Source: Phoronis australis (taxonomy: Eukaryota; Animalia; Phoronida). Taken from it: 64,000 nucleotides of DNA. The notes below the pieces were generated by a model. It was not told the origin of the DNA. It saw nothing but the letters and a program-made list of their open reading frames with translations, and did not search any database. Location: positions 179,408 to 243,407 of the forward strand of contig NMRA01000207.1 of NCBI GenBank assembly GCA_002633005.1. The letters are read 5' to 3'. Both the position numbers and the translations under genes were made by a program. Shown one piece after another: positions 1-10,386 of the stretch (the stretch's first letter is position 1; each line of letters opens with the position of its first letter).

Positions 1-114
1 GGTGATGGATAAATAGAATCCTGATATGACAGGAATTAATCAAACCAATTTTCAAATCAGACTAAAAGGCCTAATTAGGTTTTTCATTTTAGCTCAGCTA
101 ATCAAGGCAAAATG

Positions 115-657
115 CTCATTGGTTCCCTGCTTGTCCGCTAGGGGGTAGAGGACCCACAGGTATCACTTAATTTTCCTTGGCGTTTCTGATTGGCTCAACA
201 GGTAGCGCTTTAGATAAACAAACTGGCATGACCGAGGGACGAAGTGTAAACGTGGATAGTTTGTGGTCTGTTGTACCTGTAGACAAATTGGTGCTTAATT
301 GACTGGGATGTGTTCAAGAAATGTGAATTTGTGCCTTTTTGGTGTGCGTTTTTCTATGTTGCTGTCCTGTATTCAAACAGTTATGAATAACACATTGGTT
401 AAATCAGCTAGATCTGTGTGTGCAGTGTATGCGCTTCAAGCATGCGGGTATTAAACATAATTGCAGAAACGAAATATTTTCTCTTACGCCACTTGGATGA
501 CAAGGCTAAAAATTGTTCACAGTCTGCCATTTTCTTTCTTTGTTGCAAAGCTAACTAACGACCACTGAAGTTACATCAACCAGGGATAAAACGCGTGCTA
601 CTGAATGATACCTGTACCCCTAGCGGTCCCTAGTGGATACACAGGGAACCAGCGAGG
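115..657. repeat. Degenerate inverted repeats (MITE-like remnant)
   Basis: 115-177 (CTCATTGGTTCCCTG...CAGGTATCA) is approximately the reverse complement of 607-657 (TGATACCTG...CAGGGAACCAGCGAG). Confidence 0.5.
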
Positions 658-715
658 GCAAACTGTGGCTTTGAATCCATATTATGACTGGCTGCTCCAG
701 AGAGTGTCTCAAAAC

Positions 716-805
716 AGCAGTCCCTGATTATGAGAACCAGTTTCATCCACTGAATAATGCTTTCGTTATTCAGTGATTGCCTGGTTTTCAATAACAGGGG
801 CTGCT
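716..805. repeat. Fold-back palindrome (small MITE-like)
   Basis: AGCAGTCCCTGATTATGAGAACCAG...CACTGAATAA pairs with TTATTCAGTG...CTGGTTTTCAATAACAGGGGCTGCT. Confidence 0.55.
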
Positions 806-1990
806 ATATCCGACCAGTGACGTATAGTCACGGCTGTGGGAAACCAGCAATATAAGCAGAGAATTGATGAATAATAGTAGGAGAGAAATTGGTGAATGTG
901 CAGATGTAGAGATAATCTGACGCACTGCCTTTTTGTAGACAATTAATATGGGCAAAAAACACAAATAAACGGGTCTTAAGAACCAATCTCAGGATAAATA
1001 AGGAAAATAAATAATCAAATGGAAGGTACATATGTAAAGATGGGGAAATGAAAAATATACACAAAGACAAGGGCCAAAAAAACAAAAAAATTAGGCAACA
1101 ATGCTAGCTAACCAACCAACACCATACCACCTGCAAGATAACCAACCAACACCATACCAAGCAATGACCTTGGCTACTGTGTTGACTCACTTACAAACAC
1201 AAAACCGCTTCCCCATATGACCCCATCCCAAAACGGTAGAAAATGCCCAGCATCAAAGGTGGTCTAGGAAAGCAACTACATACTAGAAAAACTAGTGACA
1301 AATACGCCAAATGTTCTGATTGCCCTGGTTCTGTAGTTAGGTCTAGTACTGTGTACTGCTGTAACCAACCAGACCTGCTTCAACACAGTGCCAGACTTGA
1401 CAGGCCACATTCATGGGCTTCTGATGACTGTGTGTAGGACAAACGGGGAAGCTGTCACAGTGATCAATTACAGGGCAACACAAGACAAGGTCAAGGACGA
1501 TTACAATAATATCTGCCATGGAAAAAACGAGTAAAGTAAAATTTCGCTTGTCAGCCACACTGTGTCCTAAATTAGTGAGAGTATACCATACAAATATACT
1601 TTTGATCATTTAACAGTGTATCTGATACGAGTACAAAAGGAAAAAAGTGAAAGATAGAATATTTTTTGTCGTAAGAACAACACGGCTGGCAATAATTGTT
1701 AGTGGTAACATAAGTTGCATCAGCAAAAGCATTGGATTTAACTGAAAATTAAACTGCAAGATAAAGGAATGGGAAGGACCAACAGTTAATGGCAGGTGAG
1801 TCTAATTTTGACGTTTCGTGAATGTCAGCATATTCTTTCACAGAGACTATCGCCAGAACAGATCCCAAAGATAACTTGCAGTCAGTCAAGTGTGCAGACA
1901 GATTACAATCTGAACAGCCAAACTTATTGGCTTACCCAATAGTAAAGGTGCTCTGTTAGCTGGTTATCCTTGTAAGCCGATTGACGAAAA

Positions 1991-2538
1991 TGTTGTAGAT
2001 GTGCTTCCGGTGAATTATATGAGCCTCTGTTAGCTACTTGCTAACAGGCAATTACCTATTAGCTGAATGGTTAGCACGCTTGCCGGTTTTATGGGGGTTG
2101 CTGGTTCGATCCCCGGGTCGGGTGATCTCGGCTATTACTACAAATGGCGTAGTCGGCAAACGGATGATCTACCGATGAAGCACTGCCAACTAGTACCCAC
2201 GGACCTCGGGACGGCACGCGTGGAAGGTTCCAGGAGTCAAGGACCTGTATGAGAGACTACCTTGTGTTCACCTGTGTTGTGGTGGTAAAGGTACCAAGGG
2301 ACGTTGATGACCTGTATGCGAGACATCCTGGTATTCACCTTCCTGGTCGCGTCCCCGTTCCGTAGGGAAGGGGGGAATGTTGTAGATGTGCTTCCGGTGA
2401 ATTATATGAGCCTCTGTTAGCTACTCGCTAATGGGCAATTGCCTATTAGCTGAATGGTTAGCACGCTTGCCGGTTTTATGCCTTTTATGGGGGTTGCTGG
2501 TTCGATCCCCGGGTCGGGTAATCTTGGCTATTACTACA
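1991..2538 (+). mobile_element. TRIM (miniature non-autonomous LTR retrotransposon) with tRNA-like LTRs, Helenus-like
   Basis: Direct repeats 1991-2142 and 2378-2538 both run TGT...ACA and differ by 6 transitions plus a 9-bp duplication. PBS TGGCGTAGTCGGCA at 2145-2158 is complementary to the 3' end of tRNA-Ser(AGA) (...UGCCGACUACGCCA). Polypurine tract AGGGAAGGGGGGAA at 2364-2377 abuts LTR2. The 235-bp interior has no coding capacity. Flanks are AAAA/AAAT (imperfect 4-bp TSD). Confidence 0.9.
2060..2113 (+). promoter_or_regulatory. Pol III type-2 internal promoter (A box and B box) in LTR1; second copy at 2447-2509 in LTR2
   Basis: A box TAGCTGAATGG (2060-2070) with GCT/AGC D-stem and B box GGTTCGATCCC (2103-2113). 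Anticodon and acceptor stems are degenerate, so this is not a functional tRNA. Confidence 0.75.
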
Positions 2539-2743
2539 AAATTGTATGCTAACTGCAGAAGCAGGACAAGTGAATTGAATCAACATATTTGCATGGAACA
2601 CAGTCCTTTCCACATTATTCAGAAGTAAACTGAGGAGACACAATAGCTAGAAATACAACCTTTCAAATGATATTTCTTCAAGAACACAAGGAGCTTCTTT
2701 CTACGTCAAACTCAAAGAAGGCTTCCCTCGAATTGTAGCCGTA

Positions 2744-2876
2744 GGTAGAAGTGGAGTAAACAGGTCCCTCTTGAAAATGGCTGCTAAGAACCAGTTTTCA
2801 TTGAATAATGGTGATGTCCGTGAAACTGGTTCCAGATAAGCATTTTGAAGAGGGGCCCGTTTACTCCACTTTTACC
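2744..2876. repeat. Fold-back palindrome (small MITE-like)
   Basis: GGTAGAAGTGGAGTAAACAGGTCCCTCTTGAAAATG...GAACCAGTTT pairs with AAACTGGTTC...CATTTTGAAGAGGGGCCCGTTTACTCCACTTTTACC. Confidence 0.6.
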
Positions 2877-3654
2877 GAATTGTAGAGTGGATGTGCACAA
2901 ACGAAGACTCGAAGCCGAAGGTCGAGATTGAGCACCTGTGACAAGTACAGTACCGTTATCCATTAATCACTCACCTTTATCCACTACAATGGCCAACAAA
3001 GCTGTTCACCGTAAATGTGCGTATATGAAAACATGCATTTTCCAAACACTAGTGACCTAAAGGCCACTTAAAATGGTTAAAATATAAGACAACCTTGACC
3101 AGACCCACTCGACAAATAGGCTGAAACGCAAATAAACTTTAGTCGTTATCTCGTCTGATTTGTGAGGCTGTAACGTATACATTATTCAAAAGTTCATTTA
3201 CCCCAGAAGCCCTATTAACGTTTAAAAATTTTTAATTTGGATTAAAAGTTGGACAAATGAAGTTTTATAAATTAATTTTAAAACAACACCTCTATGTAAC
3301 ATCGAATGTTTTGTTCAACTGCTCGATTTAGAGCAGGGGAGATAATGTATTATCTAGACCTTCTGGTACTCGCGGTAGAAGTTCGATAACCACAGGCAAT
3401 GAGATAAATATAGCTCATTGACCACAAGTACCAAAACGGTGCTGAGCTTGACTTCGTGACTGAACTCGGTGCATCCAAATTTAGAGATTAAGCACATTAA
3501 GAAACATTTTTTAAAACTGTGTCAGCTAGTGGACGATAAATTGTGAGGAGCACACACATAGTTTTGGTTGCTGTGCCGAAAGATTTTTTTTTTTCAGTTC
3601 ACAAAGAGCCTACATCACTAACTCCACTCGGATCGGAATTGGCACCGCCCTTAA

Positions 3655-4143
3655 GGGGACCTGGAACGAGATAAACAGACTAAATTGCAATATTGAAAGT
3701 GGACCCTCGCCACTGAAACAGAATTCAACTTGTTCACCAGGTATTTTTAATGGTTTCTTCTTAAAGATTTTTAATTTCTGTTGATATCAAAGCATTTTCC
3801 TTTAATTTCGAAAAACGATCTCTCAACTGCTCGCCACTTCGTCGATTTTTGGCCTACAAGGCAAAACACGTCTCCTTAATTAATATGGCAAGACAGAGTA
3901 CCATATTTCTCTTATGGAAAGAGTGACCTTTGACTTCATGCGACTTCAAGGAACTGACTATGAGAGCATGAGAGCATATATCATAAGTGCGAGGGAGATT
4001 AGAAACTTTGTGGTAACCACAGAGATTTTTCTTGGCGCGTATTTCTTTCCTCACAGGAGAAAGTGAATGTACTATGTACAAGACGTTTCGAGATAATACT
4101 TTCGTCAGGATAATTTTGACGAGTTTTCGCGTTCCATGCCTCT
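3655..4143. mobile_element. Non-autonomous DNA transposon with TTAA TSD (Kolobok-like), copy 1
   Basis: TTAA|GGGGACCTGGAAC ... GTTCCATGCCTCT|TTAA. Homologous along its length to 59841-60378. Its right end sits at a TTAA within the LINE remnant (PIFK codons). Confidence 0.7.
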
Positions 4144-5800
4144 TTAAATATCGGTACTATAATGGATTTTGTCCATTCTTTTGGAAACACATTTTTAAAA
4201 AAGTAGTAGTATAGATTGGACAACGAATCGACCAGCCTTTTATAAGCATACTTGTAAAACTCAATGCCATTTTTATCACACCCTGGCGAAGTTCCGTCTT
4301 ACATACTATTGATGGTTTGTATAATTTCATCTTTTGTGATCTCAATCAGCGTCCAGCTCCATATTAACAATGGCGTTACTCGAATTGTTATCATTTTTAC
4401 TGAATTCTCAATAAAAGCATGAAATTCAGTGGCCTTTAAACAGAGACCTGAAATAATTGATCCATTTCTACGGCTTAACATTCGTCGTTACGCATTTCTT
4501 CTTAATGTTAAATGTGTGCCAGATTTTTTCTGTGTTACTCTGCACAAGTTTTTGTAACATTTTCTGTTATACTTTAACCGTTTCACTTTTTTAAGTCTCC
4601 ATAATCTCATCTATCTTGTAGTTCGACTATTGTTTTCTCTCAGTGTTCCAACACTGAATCTAAAACTTTTTAATTTTCGCCAAACGACGGCTCTCATTTT
4701 TCTACATTCAGCGTAAAATTATTTGGGAAAACTAATTGATTACATTCTTTGTTTAATTTGAATTTTACTTTGTCGGATGCACATAATGGCTTCCGTTAAA
4801 CTTTCTACACTTGAATCTATGATCGAGGGTATATGACTGTGTACGTCACCTAGCAACCGATCCACCTCCGGTCTCGTCCAGTTTTCTGCATACCTCAGGC
4901 CCAACCCCTCGTCTCATTTATGAACATTTTCAATTTGTTCGACTCCAGCCCAGTTGTTTTGCTGCGTCTTACACATACCAAAAATCACTGGAAAGTCGAT
5001 TCACAGATTTCACCGATTTCAAAACAGTCCACACAGTACAATAAATCATTGTTTATCTTGACGTAGTCAACAATACTAGATCCATTATAANGTTAAAATA
5101 GTAAAAATGAAACACGTGTGTCGTTACTAAAATATATTAAAATATTCCCCACGTTTCGAGTGATGCGCTCTTTGTCAAGGGTAAGATGCTGACAAAGAAC
5201 GCATCGTTCGAAACGTAGGGAGCATTTTAGTATATTTTAGTATTTTAGTACCGACGATTGTCGTTTTTTACTATTTTTATTATTTTATATTCTTATCCGA
5301 CGGTAACTGCACGGCATTCCAGCATCTATTTGATTTATTCATTTTAAGTGACACATGTTACATTTCCAATGTCTGCATCTTTCCCAAATCTTCCATTCAG
5401 TATTCTTATCTCGTTTCTTTGACAAAACTCTAATAATTCTGCACCAAACTCATTTACCTCACCATAATCTTGTGAGGTCCTACAACATAGCTATCTTCTT
5501 ATTAGCTAACACAATCAAAGAATAGGACTGGATTCATCCATATACTTAATACCATGATCTTCAATAAAGTGTGGCCTGTTACGCGAACGAGCATTAAAAT
5601 CGTCCATTATTAAAAAGTGACAAGCCCCCGTCACTTCCCCCAGAATAACCGTGCACCTCCCGTTTAAGTATTTTTATTGTGTCCAAATTTTTACTCGAAC
5701 TTTTTGGAGACTGAAGTATAACTGAAACTAAAACAGGACGCAAATACATGTAATTGGGGAGCACAATTTTATCCATAAATCGTCAGCAGAACTTGAAGCC
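4144..5800 (-). mobile_element. Decayed LINE (APE endonuclease and pre-RT linker; RTEX-like)
   Basis: Minus-strand fragments SGGSDGGLSLF, ELLEFCQRNEIRILNGRFGKD..GNVTC, GSSIVDYV (APE), EITKDEIIQTINSM and FPKEWTKSIIVPIFK, with many stops and frameshifts. Confidence 0.75.
5095..5277. mobile_element. Inverted pair of Penelope-like pLTR fragments with degenerate minimal hammerhead motifs
   Basis: Arms 5095-5177 and 5190-5277 are inverted copies. Plus strand reads CTGACAA-A-GAAC-GCATC-GTTC-GAAACGTA; minus strand reads ccc-TTGACAA-A-GAG..CTC-GAAACGTG-ggg. The segment is inserted between the GNVTC and GSSIVDY motifs of the LINE APE domain. Confidence 0.6.
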
Positions 5801-6110
5801 CCTAATAATACTTAGAAAATAATAATACACCACCAAAATTACGAAATGCTTGATGGTGTTTATTTCTCACCGACCCAAAACACTGGTAACCTTCAAACTT
5901 ATCTTTACCCATTACCCATGTTTGAACTAAAGCGATGACATACCGCATTTACAAAATCAATAATCTGTATTTTATGCTTTACGAGTCCTTCGATATTCCA
6001 ACAAATACATTTCCATGACGACTTGTCTTGTGGGCCTACAATTGGCCTAATCGCAAGTGCTGCACCGGCTATGTTCGAGACGGACCAGCCATGTCGAACA
6101 CCTGGTGGGC

Positions 6111-6248
6111 GTGCAGTAACGATAGGACGTGCGCTAGGACCTAGCTAAAATCTAGCCAAAGTCACGTGCTCTCATTTAAAGTACACGGCACTATCTCACG
6201 TAATCTCGCGAAGTCTTGCTTTTTAGCGAGGTCCTAGCGTTACTGAAC
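6111..6248. mobile_element. ~120-140 bp MITE family A (TIR GTTCAGTAACGCTAGGACCT), copy 1
   Basis: Homologous copies at 33172-33308 (reverse), 51373-51487, 56026-56158, 56503-56640 and 63661-63796. Ends in AGGTCCTAGCGTTACTGAAC. Confidence 0.8.
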
Positions 6249-6381
6249 GGGAGGCAGATTTTCATGATGCCGAACACCGGCTTCTGTTCGGGTTGATAGG
6301 TTGCGCATTAATCGTGCGACGTTTAACTTTTACTCATATCGTTCTTTTCGGCGTGCACCAACGCTGCTCCCGGCGAGGTGA

Positions 6382-6527
6382 CAGTGGCGGATTTAGAGGG
6401 GGGCCAAGGACCTAAAATTCTGCCAGATTTCATTTGTCAGTTCTGGGGTGCGAATATCTCACGGCCAAAATGCTGGCTAATACTCGGAGCTGGCCCCCTC
6501 TAACTCAAAATCCTGGAACCGCCCCTG
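6382..6527. mobile_element. MITE family B (CAGTGGCGG...CCGCCCCTG, hAT-like termini)
   Basis: TIRs flanked by direct repeat AGGTGA. A reverse homologous copy lies at 14241-14398. Confidence 0.75.
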
Positions 6528-8892
6528 AGGTGAAAGCCACTCATGCCCATAGTGAAGATAACAGAACACTTCACGGGACTTCGCAATGGACATTATTTGA
6601 GAATTGAAGCAGAGACTATAGAGTTTAAGTCTTAGATTTACGGATATGCATATGCGCCATCTTTTGGCTGGAAATGTGCTTCATTGGTGGGTGTCAGATC
6701 AAGGAGTGTATTGCAGACCCAAGACATGACCAGAGATTTTACTAGCTTGTTACATGTAACGTAGCATGTTGTCGATCGGGCGACTCTTGTATCAAGTGCA
6801 AAAATATGCGTTTCGGCATCGTCAAAAGAACCAAATTACTATTTTTTATAGTCGGGATTATCATTGCTTCGTAACAAACAATTTGAGACCATCGTTGTAA
6901 AGGTATTTGGTTTAAACAAATCTCAATTTTTGACAGAAATTTCGGGTTTGGTGTTGCTTTTAGCGCGCGTAGATGATATATGCTGATTTTTTGACAAGAA
7001 TCCCCAACAAAACTTGCTTAGCCTAAGTCCTATTGGGTAAATCTAGCACTGGTAATCGAAAATGTTTTTTAACCTTGTTTTTTCGCGATGTTTTTCTCTG
7101 ATCCCGTTTGAGTGAATCTGAATAGAACCTGCACGCGGTGTATGTCAGGTGCCAGCGAAATTTCGTCCCTGGCGGCTCTAAATGATTTGGTGGCATATGG
7201 CCCCTTCCCTCGCTTCTTGCGGCTATGAAATATTCGAGGAGCCGTTTATAAGTAGATTGTATGCGTGCGATTGTCATACATAAAAACAGTTCTGCTGGTC
7301 ACGAGACAGATTTTGACAATGATAGAATTTTAGATTACGTTGCTTGTACATTCCGTCTGTAAAAGAAAGCTTCAAAATTTTAGAACACAAACCCCAACTC
7401 GATAGTCTCATTAATTTTCCCGCCGTATGTTTTGCATGTTGTATATTTCGCTTTATAATACAGCTAAACGGACGTTGTGAAACGTCGAGCACTTGTAATA
7501 AACATGGGATTTATAAAACCTTGATCGTCAATTTTATCCTGACTGTCATAGGTTTTAATCTCCTTGAGGATTTTTCTTAGGTTTTGCGAAGCGTTCCTTT
7601 TCACCTCGTGCTTGAAACCTAAATGAACAAATAAAGAAATTGAAAATAATCAGTTGTACGAAAGTCCGCACAGAACTCTCCTTCGTACCGGAGGTAAGAA
7701 ACGGTACTGCGTTGTATCACTGGACCCCTTTAGGAAATTTCGGGTTGATCTTGAGGATCATGTCGGAAAACACTACGCATCCACAGATATGTGTACTTGT
7801 CAAATTTAACCAATTTTCTACTGCGGCGTTACAACTAACAACACAGCAGGAAAACTTCGCATGCATTGGAAGATCAAATGGAGAAATACAACCGAGATAA
7901 ACGCCAAAAAATAACATGCAAAATTTTACCGGCACGAAAAATGGCTGTACGAGTAAAATTCATGGTTCTTGACGGATATTAAAGCATTGTGGGTACATGT
8001 AAATAGCACAACATTCAAATACAGTGAAGAGACGCTGTATGGGATTTGGTGATATTGTACAATAGGTTACACTAGTTTAGAAAATGTCCAAATTTGGCTA
8101 ACTTCGAAATGTTACGAGGAAAGGTTGATCGGATTTAAATGAAACTTCCAAATACTTTGCAATGTTGCACTGGTCTTAAAAAGTTTGTTAAGGATTGTTT
8201 TTAGAACGATCCGTTAGTGGAAGAGGGGTTATCCAAAATGTCAGTTTATTTTTTACGTAAAAATCTCAAAAAGTTGCTTAAAATGAGAACGAAATGATAG
8301 ATGTGAAAATTATAACAGTGTTTGTGAGATTTCTTCGTGAGCATTTTCATAAAAGGAAATATAGACATGTTGTTAATGCGTTGCTTTGCTTTGAATGTTC
8401 CTTTCTTTTTGCTTAAGAGACGTCGCAACGTGACTCAATCGATGACGGATTGGTAGGAAGTCAAAAATCAAATCCTTTAGGATTTTTATAGAATAGTTTT
8501 CAAAAACATAAACGTTTACTGATACAATGGGTCCTTTATTACTCCTTTAGCGTCGGTTTCAAAATTCAGTTGGACTCCCGCACCTTCAAAACAGCTAACC
8601 AGCCCCAAAAACACGAAACCCGACTTTTGAAACAGGAATCCCGGGGACCAAAACACCTTTCCCAGTACCTCAGTACATTTCAAGTGCTTTGCGTTCACAC
8701 GACATGTATCAATTTTACATTTTGATGAAAAAATAATCTTTCTGCTTTAAGTAGTTGTTGTGATATGTTTTTTACCATGAGAGTTTTAGACAACTTGTGA
8801 CCGATTGACGATCTACCGTTAGTATGCTGCTAAAGTTGTGGTGCGATCTTTTGCATCGGCGCCATGAAATATTACGTCACCTATTGGCCAGT

Positions 8893-9040
8893 TTCTTTTC
8901 CCCAATTCTTTAATCACCTGCTCCTCTTCCACGAGGTTGCGTACATGTCACAACAAATTATCGGAACTTTCATTTCGTTACAAGTTTTTAGTATTTTACT
9001 ACCACCAAACCGAATTTCAGAATAAATTTTGCAGCAGTGA
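8893..9040. repeat. Dispersed repeat shared with 49960-50115
   Basis: Collinear matches ACGAGGTTG.GTACAT.TCACAACAA.TTATCG.AACT and AAACCGAATTTCAGAA.AAAT.TTGC in both places. Confidence 0.6.
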
Positions 9041-9810
9041 TCCGTCAAAAAGAGCGTAAATGCGTTCAGAAATTCCGATTCCAAATTCCGTTTTAACGAT
9101 GCATGAGGAGTAGATTGAAGTACACTTTTTTGAGGACAAGAACGGTGAATTTGGTGACGGTGCAGGTCTTTTGAGTGAATAATTCTCGCGGTCCATCTCA
9201 AAATCCGCAAATTGATTTTGCCGGAAATAATGTACTCACTACAACTAAATCGACGAACCCTAAAATACGACCAGTTGTAAAGATATTTAAAGGGGATAAC
9301 CAACAATGGCACTCAAAATTCGAAATAATGTTTTTCATTTTTGGGAATATTTTTGGAGAAACTATTGGATAATCTAAAATAACTAAATATTCACCGAGTT
9401 TTAATGTATTAAATACTCTCAACACGTTGTTAAAACAATGTGTTGAGAGTATAGATTATGTTGAAATTTGCCAACAAGAAAGTTGCACGAATTTTACCAA
9501 TGAAAATCAAATAACATTGTCAATATAATATAAATTACGTTTTATTTTTTGGCAATTTTTTAACAAGCAAATGCAGAAAACAACTGGAAAGTATTTGAAG
9601 ATGCTTTAACTCAAAGCTTGAGACTGCTGACATCCGCCGTCTCAGAAAATTTGAAAAATTGTCCAGGTTTCCTGTCCGATGCCTGCGGTTCTTGTTTTAA
9701 AGGTCGTCGTTAGTTTTTTTTCGGGCTGGATAGCTGTGTTGAAGGTGCGGGGGTCTTTTTTCTATTCCGGGATATCTGTTTTACATGGGTTCCAATTTCG
9801 ATAGATCACC

Positions 9811-9890
9811 CTGAATTTAGCTCGTCAGAAAAGCGTTCAACTGCGTACCGGTACGCGCTGATTCCCGGTTCGAAACCGCGTTGGGGCTGA
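9811..9890 (+). repeat. tRNA-derived SINE head fragment
   Basis: A-box-like TAGCTCGTCAG and B box GGTTCGAAACC; cloverleaf not intact. Confidence 0.4.
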
Positions 9891-10281
9891 TTTCAGAAAA
9901 TTCTTTTCTCGCCGATAATGTCTCATTATAAGTCAAGAACGATTTTGTTAGTCAGAGGGCAAGCCGAAGACAAGTTTTGATTTTTTAGTTTTATGAAAGC
10001 AAATTCAGACGATTTGTGAGGTTTTTACCGTTTGCATGATCGACGTGCTTGCAGCTTCTGCTAAAACAAGTGACTTAGCTCCTGTTTTCAAGATATTAGT
10101 GACCTCTGGCGAGAGGTCAGATTAGCGTATTCGTGAGATCGGGTTATCGACAGCTCTGTCGGTATTTACTCTCATTGGGCATGGTCGTTAACAAAAATCG
10201 TCTGGTCTCGTCTTGAATTTCAAACACAGCTGAGCACTTGTACAAGAACCACTGCCTGATTCTCAGAGAACCGGGGTCAAA

Positions 10282-10386
10282 ATGGGTTACAAGACAGCAG
10301 TGGAAAGACTTTCTGCAAAATTGAAGATTAAGAATTCCCTCGTACGAGAGATGTTGGCGGAGCTTTTAGGAACCTTTATTCTAATA
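10282..10386 (+). CDS. AQP3/9-like: Aquaglyceroporin exon 1
   Basis: [35 protein letters not shown]|gtaagt. Confidence 0.92.

Noticed and set aside
1806-1846. Possible hammerhead on the minus strand (GAAT..ATTC-AC-GAAACGTC)
   Set aside because: No recognisable CUGANGA core, no stem I and no adjacent PLE coding remnant.
2053-2125. Functional tRNA gene (and copy at 2440-2520)
   Set aside because: Anticodon, T and acceptor stems do not pair properly, and the sequence is an internal part of paired LTRs.
6900-7950. Short ORFs as a coding remnant
   Set aside because: No recognisable domain, and lengths are within chance expectation.
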